From Schmidtea polychroa (lineage: Eukaryota): a DNA stretch of 64,000 nucleotides. Location of the stretch: NCBI GenBank assembly GCA_044892525.1, contig CM097885.1, positions 8,372,001-8,436,000 on the forward strand. Reading direction: 5' to 3'. Position numbers and translations under genes: made by a program. The notes under the pieces were generated by a model. It was given only the letters and a program-made list of their open reading frames with translations. It was not told where the DNA came from and ran no database searches. Below are positions 13,684 through 27,668 of this stretch, piece after piece; positions within the stretch are counted from its first letter, which is position 1, and every line of letters starts with the position of its first letter.

Positions 13684-15050
13684 AGTAGTAGGATGTGTCC
13701 CCGCCAGATCAGGTCCCCTCCAGATCACATATACCCCCTCCCCCCCCCCCCCCCCGGGAAAAAATTTTATTTTTTTTTAGAACGATGCCTAATATTTTTA
13801 GAACTATTACGTAATCAATGCCTAATATTTTTAGAACGATGCCTAATATTTTTAGAACTATTACGTAATTTTTTTTAAATTAAGTGATCCAGCGGGGACC
13901 TACTTTTTTTCTTCCCAAAAGTAATGTTCCCGCCAACAAATTTTATTAACCGATACCTCATCTTAAAGCTCAGTCCAAGACCTTTCGAATGAGCTATAAG
14001 TATCTTATATATCTTTAATAGTTTTAATGTTATTAACAATTGATGACCACCATCTTTTCAACGTTAAATTATTATTATTTTTCAAAATATTATTAAGTGA
14101 TCCAGCGGGGACCTACTTTTTTTCATCCCAAAAATTATTGTTCCCGCCAACATATTATATTGATCGATAGCTTATTTTAAAGCTCTGTGCAAGAACTTTC
14201 TAATGAGATATAGATTTTTATCATACGATGACTCATCACATTTTTAGAACGATTACGTCATACTTTTAGAACGATGCCTAATATTTTTAGAACGATGCCT
14301 CTTATTTTTAGAACGATTACGTCATACTTTTAGAATGGTGCCTAATATTTTTAGAACGATGCCTTTTAATTTTAGAACGATGCCAAATATTTTTAGAATG
14401 GTGCCTAATATTTTTAGAACGATGCCTTTTAATTTTAGAACGATGCCAAATATTTTTAGAATGGTGCCTAATATTTTTAGAACGATTACGTCATACTTTT
14501 AGAACGATGTCTAATGTTTTTAGAACGATGCCTAATATTTTTAGAACTATTACGTAATCGATGTCTAATATTTTTAGAACGATGCCAAATATTTTTAGAA
14601 CGATGCCAAATATTTTTAGAACGATGCCTAATATTTTTAGAACGATTACGTCATACTTTTAGAACGATGTCTAATATTTTTAGAACGATGCCTAATATTT
14701 TTAGAACGATGCCTAATATTTTTAGAACGATTACGTCATATTTTTAGAACGATGTCTAATATTTTTAGAACGATGCCAAATATTTTTAGAACTAATAATT
14801 TTTGTTTTAATTATCGAATACGTAATAATATAATTTTGTTTAAATCGTTGATTACATATTATTATTTTCTAAGTTTTATTATTATTATTATTATTATAAT
14901 TATATATACTCCGAGTTTATCCGGCAAGATATTCTTTCCCCTATGGGTACTGCTCACAAATGTACTACTCACATTCAACAAGTCACAAGGGTACTGCTCA
15001 CACTCAATATGTCGTAAATTATTATTATTATTATTTCAAATACAAGTTCA

Positions 15051-15141
<91 letters not shown>

Positions 15142-15503
15142 TATTATTACGCGCACGGGGAATATTATTATCATATATACTCTTAATCTATCCGACAAAA
15201 TATTCTATCCCTCTATGGGTATTGCTCATATGGGTAATGGTCAAAGGTGTACTACTCACATTCAACATGTCTCAAAGGGTATAATATAATTATTATTAAA
15301 TTCTGACCAACTTAAATCAATGAAGGGGTAGAACAAAAATATATTAAGTTGCGGTATTTTAAATTTAAAAATATTTTAAAAACTTATTTTGACACTAAAG
15401 TTTACTTAATTAACAAAGAGATAATTATTGCACATGCTTTGCATAAATATTATTATTTTTTAAATTTTCAATATTTTCTTTTAAAGTATTAACACGCGCG
15501 GGA

Positions 15504-15605
<102 letters not shown>

Positions 15606-16149
15606 GTTAATGAAAAATCTAAAATATGGTTTACACACACAACCCCTCAACCATTATTATTATTATCAGTATTAAAAACCTAAAATATTTTCTACACACA
15701 CACAACCCATTAACCATTATTATTATCATTATTAGTGAAAACCTAAAATATTTTTTACACACACACACACACAACCCATTAACCATTATTATTATCAATA
15801 TTAAAAACCTAAAATATTTTTACACACACACACACAACCCATTAAACTTTATTATTATTATTATTAAAATAATTTTTACACACTAGGTTATGGGGTAGAG
15901 AATTATTATATGTTTGCAGTATTCTGTATTTGCCTTTACATGAAATTTTCAATAAGGAGCGATAATTTTACACATACATTCTATATACACATACCTTGTT
16001 TAACATGGGTGTATATACTCCTAGTCTATCCGACAAGATATTCTGTCCCCCTATGGGTATTGCTAGCAAGGGTACTACTCACACTCAACAAGGGTTTTCG
16101 ATCTTAAAGCATATTATGGTTTATTAAGGTTAGTAAATAAAACTTATCA

Positions 16150-16645
16150 CACACACTATTTAAACGATAAAAATCAAGACAAGAGAGGACAAGGCAAAGT
16201 GTATGCATTTAGTATTGCCAGGCCTAATGAGCAGTGACCAAATATCTGTGCCTGAAAGACACGGTGGATATTTGTTCGCGTCCACAAGGGTCGTCTGTGC
16301 CTCCCCCAAGTGGGGTCAGAAGAACCTGGGCATTATAGCTTTCCGTACGGAACATTACGCCTAGCATGGGTAGTCAACTACCAGCACATTCGAAACGTAT
16401 AATTTCAAAATACATGCGTCATTGGCACTATAACCAAATTAATTAATGTTTTCACTAACACAAATATATATTTACAGAGGCCTCCCACTAGTTGGATTAC
16501 AACCGCCCACCACGACGATCAGCTTGTAAATATATATTAATTAAGGGATAAAGAGGACCCACCCAACCCTATTATATTTAATTTACAAATTTTTCTCGCT
16601 CTTCTGCTGGTATTCTATCTCAAAATTATCATCTCCATCGGGCCA
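16150..16645. other. Conserved GC-rich, hairpin-dense non-coding island (candidate structured RNA or ssDNA signal); copies at ~28445-28940 (inverted), ~31645-32140 and ~37440-37940 (inverted)
   Basis: Hairpins caaatatc...gatatttg, cccc-aagt-gggg, ttccgtacggaa, ggtag-tcaa-ctacc, and a 14-bp stem aatatatatttaca...tgtaaatatatatt. Essentially identical in A and B although the flanks differ. Confidence 0.5.
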
Positions 16646-17553
16646 TTTGGAATACATCTTGCGAATTGGACATATTTCTTAGTTTCTGATGTGGTGTCAA
16701 CTATCATTGCTAAAATTTATATTGATTTAAAAGCAATTAACTTACATTATCTAACATTTTATCGTCACAGGCTTGATAAATTAGGCAACTGTTATTTGTG
16801 GTATACTTTTTCAATGTCATTTCCCACCATAAAACACAGATACCTAAATATAATATATATATTTTAAAGAATTAATTCATGTCTTACATTAATAATAATA
16901 TTCTTCAGGTAGTACTTTACAATATCTAATTGATAAAACATCGGTTTTTTCCCATTTTTCTTGACATTCGTTGAAAGTTTACATAATTTAAGTCTGATAA
17001 TTCATGTTGAAGGACACCCACAATCAGCTAATTCATTTAAGAAATCCCGAACATAGCAATGTTTCACCATTTTGTCTGGTTCATTTTCTTCTATAATTCA
17101 TGTTTTAATAAGAAATCTCTAAATCCAGAACATAAGTCATTTAGTGTTTCACCATTTTGTTCATCTTCTTCATAATTATATAATTCATTTTCTTCATTAC
17201 TAAGTAAAATAATTAAAATATTTTAGTAAATTCTTTATTTACTTACTTTATGGATACTAAAACGAAAGAAATAACGTTATATCAGAATTATATTTAAATA
17301 ATTTAAATTTAGTTATTTAAACATATTTAAACACTTTAGTTATTTAAGCATATTTAAACATTAATATTATTATATAGTATAATTTTATATAATTTTATAT
17401 AATATTATAATATTATAATATTATGTATTGTAAATTTAATATATCCTTCATTTAATTTTTTTAATTCAAATATTTATAATGAAGATTCTTTGAATTAAAA
17501 AATATTCTGTTAGTATTTCCAGGCAGAAAACAACGAATTCAATAATTAAAATC

Positions 17554-20500
17554 TTAATTTTCATGTTGTTAGGGTTGTGGCCAGAAGTTAATCGCCATCT
17601 AATCGTTTGTTCTCAATTTCGCTCATTTTTGTTCAAAACATTCAGGTGAGTTGTTATCTGGAAAGTTTCTTTGAGCTCAGTTTTGTTAAAACACTCACGG
17701 TATTTTTGAGGGACGTGACACTGGAAATAAATTACCAATGGGTGGTCATCCATACATGTTGTTGGTTTGAACTGTTGATTTATTTTAGAAATATGTATAT
17801 TAAAAACATTTAAGGTATCATTCAGTAAAATAATATAGTATTTTTGAGTATTTTTAGTTAATTTATAAATAACAGTATTTTGATATATCAATAAAGACCA
17901 TATACTCCTAGTTTATCCGACAAAATATTCTGTCCCCCTATGGGTATTGCTAGCAAGGGTACTGGTCACACTCAACATGTCGCAATATTAATCATTTAGA
18001 AATTCTTTGGTAATTTAGTGAGATGATCGTGAATATTTTAAATGTAACTTTACACTTATGTCGAGCGACTAATTTATTGGTTAACTTTGTAGTCATTTAA
18101 AGCAAAAATTAATTTATTCATCTAATGTTCGTTACAATAGATAATAATATGAGAAAAACATGGTCATTATTCATTGATAATTTTAAATTCTTTATCATTT
18201 GGAGTAAATTTGTTTGAGGCAAAAATAATTAAAGGAGTCATAATAGAAATATGGTTATCATTTATCCAATTAAGGAGCCTATTATTTAGAAATATATATT
18301 ATAAAGTAACAATTATTTTCTAATTTAATTAGATGATCATTAGACGTAATATATCTTTGCGAGAAATTTAAGATGTTTGAGTAACCAAAACATGGACATT
18401 TTGTGCGATAAATTTATGAATATTGCTTAATTTTGTTATTTTTAGTCATTTAAAATAATATTTAGCAAAGGTAATTTAGCAAAATATCATTTATCCACCC
18501 GATAACAATATTCCTTCAATAGATTAACTGATATTCAACCTATTTAATTTCTGGAAATATAATTAAAATCATAAATTTCCTTCATGAAAGTTAAATTTTC
18601 TTTAGTTGTCGATGTCTAACTCTTTTAAGTCAATATTTTTGTTACCGTTATCTTCATAATGAATGTCCGTCTTTAAAATGTTAAATAAAATAATTTAAAG
18701 CAATAACCTTTGATATCAATTATCTCTAAATATTTCAAATATTGCATTGTCAAAACCAAGTAAATTAGTCATTACCCATTAATAAAACCGTGGATAATTA
18801 ATAAAAACTGGTTCTGAAACATAAATTACTGTGCAATAACATTCATCACAACCTCTAAAACGATATAATTTCACAGGAACTATTCATAGCTGACTATTTC
18901 CCTTGAAAATTTGATATTTTACCAATAAGAATATATAAATATTCAAAACATTAACCGATCCCTCACCAAATATCTTTACCCCTTAAAACACCTTAAATCG
19001 TATATATTACCATCTTAACCTTCACTAAATCCAACCGAATATAATTTCATCCACTTGTGCCCTTTAATAAATCTTAAAATCTATAGAAAATTCTTCAAAA
19101 TATAAATTTTATTTAATTGTCACAGACATTCTTCCATTGAAATAATTTAGTAGCTAAATTCAAAGAGTCCACTAAAAGATCAAAATTCATTAAAATAAAT
19201 ATTTAACCACATGTGTCATCAAATACCTAACTAGAGATGATAATATCTCATTGATTGATCATAATTATAACCATTATAACATGATATATCTTTCAAACTA
19301 AATTTAGGTATATTTTACAATAATTTTCAAGTAGATTTTAAATATATCATCATCGTGAAAAAATTAGATTGTTTCAACTTTAGATTTTCAATATTTTAAA
19401 GTTCATCAATGTGTAAATATTCTTAGAAAAATATATGAAAAAATTATTTAGTCAAATTATCATTACAAAGTCATCATCATCATCAAAATTAATAAAATAT
19501 AGCAAATTATCAAGAAATTAATTAAATTTATCTTAGAATTAACACTAAACCTTAAATATTCTTTCAATTAACATGAAATTCACAAAAAAATATTAGTAAA
19601 ATCCCGCTAACTCTAAAAATTACCAACGAATTTAATGCTAAATAATAACCAAAAATTTGCCTAAATAAAACACACCAGTACCTTTACGACCAGTACCCTT
19701 ACGAGCAGTATCAATTGTGAACAGTACCCATAGAGGGAGAAAATATCTTGTCGGATAAACTCAGAGTATATATAATAAAACGAATTAACAATAACTCCAT
19801 CAAATTGAATCAGTCAAATTAACACAAATTTTGATAAAAAATCTTATTCTAAAATGGTAAGAAGCGTAAAGTCGTTAATTTTCATGTTGTTAGGGTTGTG
19901 GCCAGAAGTTAATCGCCATCTAATCGTTTGTTCTCAATTTCGCTCATTTTTGTTCAAAACATTCAGGTGAGTTGTTATCTGGAAAGTTTCTTTGAGCTCA
20001 GTTTTGTTAAAACACTCACGGTATTGATCCAGATAACATGGTCATTATTCATTGATAATTTTAAATTCTTTATCATTTGGAGTAAATTTGTTTGAGGCAA
20101 AAATAATTAAAGGAGTCATAATAGAAATATGGTTATCATTTAACCAAATAAGGTGCTTATTAGTTAAAAATATAAAGTAACAATTCTTTTCTAATTTAAT
20201 TAGATGATCATTAGACGTAATATATCTTTGCGAGAAATTTAAGATGTTTGAGTAACCAAAACATTGATATTTTGGGTCATCAATTTATGAATAGTGCTTA
20301 ATTTTCTCATTTTTAGTGATTTAAAATAATATTTAGCAAAGGTAATTTGGCAAAATATCACTTATCCATCCGATAATAATATTCCTTCAATAGATTAACT
20401 GATATTCAACCGATTTAATTTCTAATTAAAATCATAAAATTCCTTCAATAAAGATCAATTTTCTTTAGCCGTTGTCGATTTCCAACTTTTAAGTCAATAT

Positions 20501-21760
20501 TTCTCAAGTTTTGTCACTGATGTCCCCACAATGAATAAAATAACTTCTTAAGTAAATAATTTAAAGCAATAACCTTTGATATCAATCCCAATTAATTCTA
20601 AAGATTTCAAATATTTCATTGTGAAAACCAAGTAAATTGATCATTAACCCTAAACGACTTAATAAAACAGTGGATAATTAATAAAAAACTGGTTCTAAAA
20701 CATAAATTTAAATTACTGTGCAATAACATTCATCACAACCTAATAAACCTCTAAAACGATATAATTTCACAGGAACTATTATTAATTCATAGCTAAATAC
20801 TGACTATTTCCCTTTAAAATTTACCAATAAGAACATTGTCGATTTAAATAGAGATTTTAAACATTTCCACCAAATATTTCTATCATTTTAAACACCCCCT
20901 TAAAAATCATATATTACCATCTTAACCAACCGACTTTAATATATCAGACCTTTAATATATCAATTCTCTTAAAATCCATAGAAAATTCTTCAAAATATGA
21001 ATTTTATTTAATTGTTACAGACATCCTTCCATTGAAATAATTTAGTATCTAAATTCATGTAGTAAGAGCCCACTAAAAGATCAAAATTCACTAAAATCAA
21101 TATTTTCTACAAATATTTCACCACATTTACCATCAAATACCTAACTAGAGATGAAATATATTGATTGATCATAATTCTTCATCGATTCAGCTAATTATAT
21201 AGCAATTATAACGTGATATATCTTTCAAAATCACAAATTTCAGTATATTTTACAATAATTTTTACAAAAATTAAATAATAATCACTTGATTATTGTAAAA
21301 ACTCTAATTATTAACCTAACTGTCATTAAAAATATTATTATTTAAAAGTAAATTTAAAAACAAGTCAATAAAATATAGCAAATTAACAAGAAATTAATTA
21401 AATTTGTCTTAGAATTAACACTAAAACGTTAAATTTCAAAATATTCTTTCAATTATTCACAAAAAGGTTAGTAATAATGTTAGTAAAATCCCGCTAACTC
21501 TAAAAATTACCAATGAAATTAATGCTAAATAATAACCAAAAATTTGCCTAAATAAAACACACCAGTACCTTTACGACCAGTACCCTTACAACCAGTACCC
21601 TTACGAGCAGTACCCATAGAGGGAGAAAATATCTTGTCGGATAAACTCAGAGTATATATAATAAAACGAATTAACAATAACTCCATCAAATTGAATCAGT
21701 CAAATTAACACAAATTTTGATAAAAAATCTTATTCTAAAATGGTAAGAAGCGTAAAGTCG
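17554..21760 (+). repeat. Diverged internal direct duplication within the arm of B (17554-19873 vs 19874-21760), mirrored at ~22610-26815
   Basis: Both units start ttaattttcatgttgttagggttgtggcc and end aaaatggtaagaagcgtaaagtcg. The second lacks ~450 bp and differs by many indels. Confidence 0.85.
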
Positions 21761-24700
21761 AAAGATAATTTTAATAACACCGAGATAAATTAACAATATT
21801 ATTCTCAGGTGGTAAGAATCTTCATTAAAGTGAAGAAATTATAAGAACTACCAAATGCTATAAAATATTTAAACGAAATTAGTTTTGTTGTTTTATGACT
21901 TTCGGTTATATTTGAGTAAGTTTTCGATTGTCCCTTTTAACTTTCAGTGCTCATTTTCATTCAAAAGAGTAATGTATCTTAAATTATCTTTTGGAATATT
22001 TGTTTTTGAAATAATTAGTGTAAAATAGTAAATTTAATAATAAATTGTTAATATTAAAGGACTTAAAGAATAATTTAAAATATGAATTTATCATAATTAC
22101 TCTGTCAAATACAATTCACGGTTTCTTATGTAATAAAATAATCATTTGGGGATTAAATACTTTATTAAATAAAAGTTTATCGCATTATTAAAATATTTTA
22201 ATTCGTTAGTAGCTCATATAATAGAAATAATTTTATATATCCTCATCACTTATAGCCGCCGATTCTCGATTTCCCAATAATTATTATCATTTATATTCTC
22301 CCGGCAAATATTTCTTTTAAAATTGTATTAAATATTTTTTATTAAAGTGATCATTTTTATGAATTTTTATGAATTTTATGAAATAATTTTAAATAAATAC
22401 AATTAATATATATCCATGCCACTTCTCAGTATATTTTCATTAACCTTCCATAATCCAATAATGAATTATTCTAACACTTATTTTACCCCTTTGAAGTTTA
22501 TTATTAATTTATCACAGAATAATAAATAATTTCCTAACTTTAATGAAGATTCTTACCACCTGAGAATAATATTGTTAATTTATCTCGGTGTTATTAAAAT
22601 TATCTTTCGACTTTACGCTTCTTAACATTTTAGAATAAGATTTTTTATCAAAATTTGTGTTAATTTGACTGATTCAATTTGATGGAGTTATTGTTAATTC
22701 GTTTTATTATATATACTCTGAGTTTATCCGACAAGATATTTTCTCCCTCTATGGGTACTGCTCGTAAGGGTACTGGTTGTAAGGGTACTGGTCGTAAAGG
22801 TACTGGTGTGTTTTATTTAGGCAAATTTTTGGTTATTATTTAGCATTAAATTCATTGGTAATTTTTAGAGTTAGCGGGATTTTACTAACATTATTACTAA
22901 CCTTTTTGTGAATAATTGAAAGAATATTTTGAAATTTAACGTTTTAGTGTTAATTCTAAGACAAATTTAATTAATTTCTTGTTAATTTGCTATATTTTAT
23001 TGACTTGTTTTTAAATTTACTTTTAAATAATAATATTTTTAATGACAGTTAGGTTAATAATTAGAGTTTTTACAATAATCAAGTGATTATTATTTAATTT
23101 TTGTAAAAATTATTGTAAAATATACTGAAATTTGTGATTTTGAAAGATATATCACGTTATAATTGCTATATAATTAGCTGAATCGATGAAGAATTATGAT
23201 CAATCAATATATTTCATCTCTAGTTAGGTATTTGATGGTAAATGTGGTGAAATATTTATAGAAAATATTGATTTTAGTGAATTTTGATCTTTTAGTGGGC
23301 TCTTACTACATGAATTTAGATACTAAATTATTTCAATGGAAGGATGTCTGTAACAATTAAATAAAATTCATATTTTGAAGAATTTTCTATGGATTTTAAG
23401 AGAATTGATATATTAAAGGTCTGATATATTAAAGTCTGTTGGTTAAGATGGTAATATATGATTTTTAAGGGGGTGTTTAAAATGATAGAAATATTTGGTG
23501 GAAATGTTTAAAATCTCTATTTAAATCGACAATGTTCTTATTGGTAAATTTTAAAGGGAAATAGTCAGTATTTAGCTATGAATTAATAATAGTTCCTGTG
23601 AAATTATATCGTTTTAGAGGTTTATTAGGTTGTGATGAATGTTATTGCACAGTAATTTAAATTTATGTTTTAGAACCAGTTTTTTATTAATTATCCACTG
23701 TTTTATTAAGTCGTTTAGGGTTAATGATCAATTTACTTGGTTTTCACAATGAAATATTTGAAATCTTTAGAATTAATTGGGATTGATATCAAAGGTTATT
23801 GCTTTAAATTATTTACTTAAGAAGTTATTTTATTCATTGTGGGGACATCAGTGACAAAACTTGAGAAATATTGACTTAAAAGTTGGAAATCGACAACGGC
23901 TAAAGAAAATTGATCTTTATTGAAGGAATTTTATGATTTTAATTAGAAATTAAATCGGTTGAATATCAGTTAATCTATTGAAGGAATATTATTATCGGAT
24001 GGATAAGTGATATTTTGCCAAATTACCTTTGCTAAATATTATTTTAAATCACTAAAAATGAGAAAATTAAGCACTATTCATAAATTGATGACCCAAAATA
24101 TCAATGTTTTGGTTACTCAAACATCTTAAATTTCTCGCAAAGATATATTACGTCTAATGATCATCTAATTAAATTAGAAAAGAATTGTTACTTTATATTT
24201 TTAACTAATAAGCACCTTATTTGGTTAAATGATAACCATATTTCTATTATGACTCCTTTAATTATTTTTGCCTCAAACAAATTTACTCCAAATGATAAAG
24301 AATTTAAAATTATCAATGAATAATGACCATGTTATCTGGATCAATACCGTGAGTGTTTTAACAAAACTGAGCTCAAAGAAACTTTCCAGATAACAACTCA
24401 CCTGAATGTTTTGAACAAAAATGAGCGAAATTGAGAACAAACGATTAGATGGCGATTAACTTCTGGCCACAACCCTAACAACATGAAAATTAACGACTTT
24501 ACGCTTCTTACCATTTTAGAATAAGATTTTTTATCAAAATTTGTGTTAATTTGACTGATTCAATTTGATGGAGTTATTGTTAATTCGTTTTATTATATAT
24601 ACTCTGAGTTTATCCGACAAGATATTTTCTCCCTCTATGGGTACTGTTCACAATTGGTACTGCTCGTAAGGGTACTGGTCGTAAAGGTACTGGTGTGTTT

Positions 24701-26957
24701 TATTTAGGCAAATTTTTGGTTATTATTTAGCATTAAATTCGTTGGTAATTTTTAGAGTTAGCGGGATTTTACTAATATTTTTTTGTGAATTTCATGTTAA
24801 TTGAAAGAATATTTAAGGTTTAGTGTTAATTCTAAGATAAATTTAATTAATTTCTTGATAATTTGCTATATTTTATTAATTTTGATGATGATGATGACTT
24901 TGTAATGATAATTTGACTAAATAATTTTTTCATATATTTTTCTAAGAATATTTACACATTGATGAACTTTAAAATATTGAAAATCTAAAGTTGAAACAAT
25001 CTAATTTTTTCACGATGATGATATATTTAAAATCTACTTGAAAATTATTGTAAAATATACCTAAATTTAGTTTGAAAGATATATCATGTTATAATGGTTA
25101 TAATTATGATCAATCAATGAGATATTATCATCTCTAGTTAGGTATTTGATGACACATGTGGTTAAATATTTATTTTAATGAATTTTGATCTTTTAGTGGA
25201 CTCTTTGAATTTAGCTACTAAATTATTTCAATGGAAGAATGTCTGTGACAATTAAATAAAATTTATATTTTGAAGAATTTTCTATAGATTTTAAGATTTA
25301 TTAAAGGGCACAAGTGGATGAAATTATATTCGGTTGGATTTAGTGAAGGTTAAGATGGTAATATATACGATTTAAGGTGTTTTAAGGGGTAAAGATATTT
25401 GGTGAGGGATCGGTTAATGTTTTGAATATTTATATATTCTTATTGGTAAAATATCAAATTTTCAAGGGAAATAGTCAGCTATGAATAGTTCCTGTGAAAT
25501 TATATCGTTTTAGAGGTTGTGATGAATGTTATTGCACAGTAATTTATGTTTCAGAACCAGTTTTTATTAATTATCCACGGTTTTATTAATGGGTAATGAC
25601 TAATTTACTTGGTTTTGACAATGCAATATTTGAAATATTTAGAGATAATTGATATCAAAGGTTATTGCTTTAAATTATTTTATTTAACATTTTAAAGACG
25701 GACATTCATTATGAAGATAACGGTAACAAAAATATTGACTTAAAAGAGTTAGACATCGACAACTAAAGAAAATTTAACTTTCATGAAGGAAATTTATGAT
25801 TTTAATTATATTTCCAGAAATTAAATAGGTTGAATATCAGTTAATCTATTGAAGGAATATTGTTATCGGGTGGATAAATGATATTTTGCTAAATTACCTT
25901 TGCTAAATATTATTTTAAATGACTAAAAATAACAAAATTAAGCAATATTCATAAATTTATCGCACAAAATGTCCATGTTTTGGTTACTCAAACATCTTAA
26001 ATTTCTCGCAAAGATATATTACGTCTAATGATCATCTAATTAAATTAGAAAATAATTGTTACTTTATAATATATATTTCTAAATAATAGGCTCCTTAATT
26101 GGATAAATGATAACCATATTTCTATTATGACTCCTTTAATTATTTTTGCCTCAAACAAATTTACTCCAAATGATAAAGAATTTAAAATTATCAATGAATA
26201 ATGACCATGTTTTTCTCATATTATTATCTATTGTAACGAACATTAGATGAATAAATTAATTTTTGCTTTAAATGACTACAAAGTTAACCAATAAATTAGT
26301 CGCTCGACATAAGTGTAAAGTTACATTTAAAATATTCACAAATTTCTGATTATCTTACCTAAGAATTTCTAAATGATTAATATTGCGTCTTGTTGAGTGT
26401 GACCAGTACCCTTGCTAGCAATACCCATAGGGGGACAGAATATTTTGTCGGATAAACTAGGAGTATATGGTCTTTATTGATATATCAAAATACTGTTATT
26501 TATAAATTAACTAAAAATACTCAAAAATACTATATTATTTTACTGAATGATACCTTAAATGTTTTTAATATACATATTTCTAAAATAAATCAACAGTTCA
26601 AACCAACAACATGTATGGATGACCACCCATTGGTAATTTATTTCCAGTGTCACGTCCCTCAAAAATACCGTGAGTGTTTTAACAAAACTGAGCTCAAAGA
26701 AACTTTCCAGATAACAACTCACCTGAATGTTTTGAACAAAAATGAGCGAAATTGAGAACAAACGATTAGATGGCGATTAACTTCTGGCCACAACCCTAAC
26801 AACATGAAAATTAAGATTTTAATTATTGAATTCGTTGTTTTCTGCCTGGAAATACTAACAGAATATTTTTTAATTCAAAGAATCTTCATTATAAATATTT
26901 GAATTAAAAAAATTAAATGAAGGATATATTAAATTTACAATACATAATATTATAATA

Positions 26958-27668
26958 CAAGGGTGGGCACGCATGGGTTCAATAAGAGCCATTTTCCGAA
27001 AATTTATTTTTTCCAGAGCCACCATAGTAAAGTACATATTTTTTTTTATTTCATTAATTTGATTAAAGAGACTTAAACGCTATTAAAAAAAACAAAATAA
27101 TTATTTCAAACATTAAGTAACAAACATAAAAATCCATTAATAAAAAGTAATAAAATTTCTTGAATTAACGAAGACTTTTGGTCAAATCTTTGAAATTTGG
27201 TGTATACTTTGTTAAAGCTGTTCGCAGCAATTCTGTAAGATGCTGATTGGTCAACTGTGAATGATATTTCGACTTTACGAACTTCATTGTGGAGTACAAA
27301 GATTCACAACAATATGTTGTACCAAAAATTGAAATTAAACGGCAAGCAGCTTGTTTTAAGTTTGGATATTTTGCCTCTGGTACGAGTTTCCAAAATTCAA
27401 CTATAGAAGTAGATTTATGGTGCATTTGCAAAGCCTGGTCATCTTTCATATCTAATAACTCCAATTCCCCAACCGCTTTTTTAACAAGTATTACTTCAGA
27501 AATTGGAAATCCATCTTCAATAATATCACAAATAAATGGGTTCACAAAAAATGCAAATGTAGATTTATAAAATCGAATTCGATTATCAAGAATTCAATTA
27601 TCAATGAGCCGCAGTTTACTCAACGAAGAGCCGCATGCGGCTCTAAGAGCCGCATTTGCCCACCGTTG
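26958..27668 (-). mobile_element. Internally deleted hAT (Buster/SPIN/Charlie-like) element, 711 bp, present only in the right arm of B
   Basis: TIR caagggtgggca/tgcccaccgttg (1 mismatch); 8-bp TSD TTATAATA (26950-26957, 27669-27676; nnnTAnnn type). Absent at the mirror site (~17400-17425). Confidence 0.9.
27165..27545 (-). pseudogene. hAT transposase C-terminal dimerisation domain fragment
   Basis: EFWKLVPEAKYPNLKQAACRLISIFGTTYCCESLYSTMKFVKSKYHSQLT matches the hAT dimerisation pattern (FW...YP.L...A..L.S...TTY.CE..FS). Confidence 0.88.

Noticed and set aside
16368..16385. gtcaactacc resembling the start of bacterial IscB/HEARO RNAs
   Set aside because: Only a 10-nt match that is part of a local hairpin; no RuvC/HNH ORF nearby.
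16200..16402. Hammerhead-like words CTAATGAG ... CGAAAC in the conserved island
   Set aside because: The core would be CUAAUGA (invariant G5 missing), the two halves are ~160 nt apart, and stems I-III do not pair convincingly.
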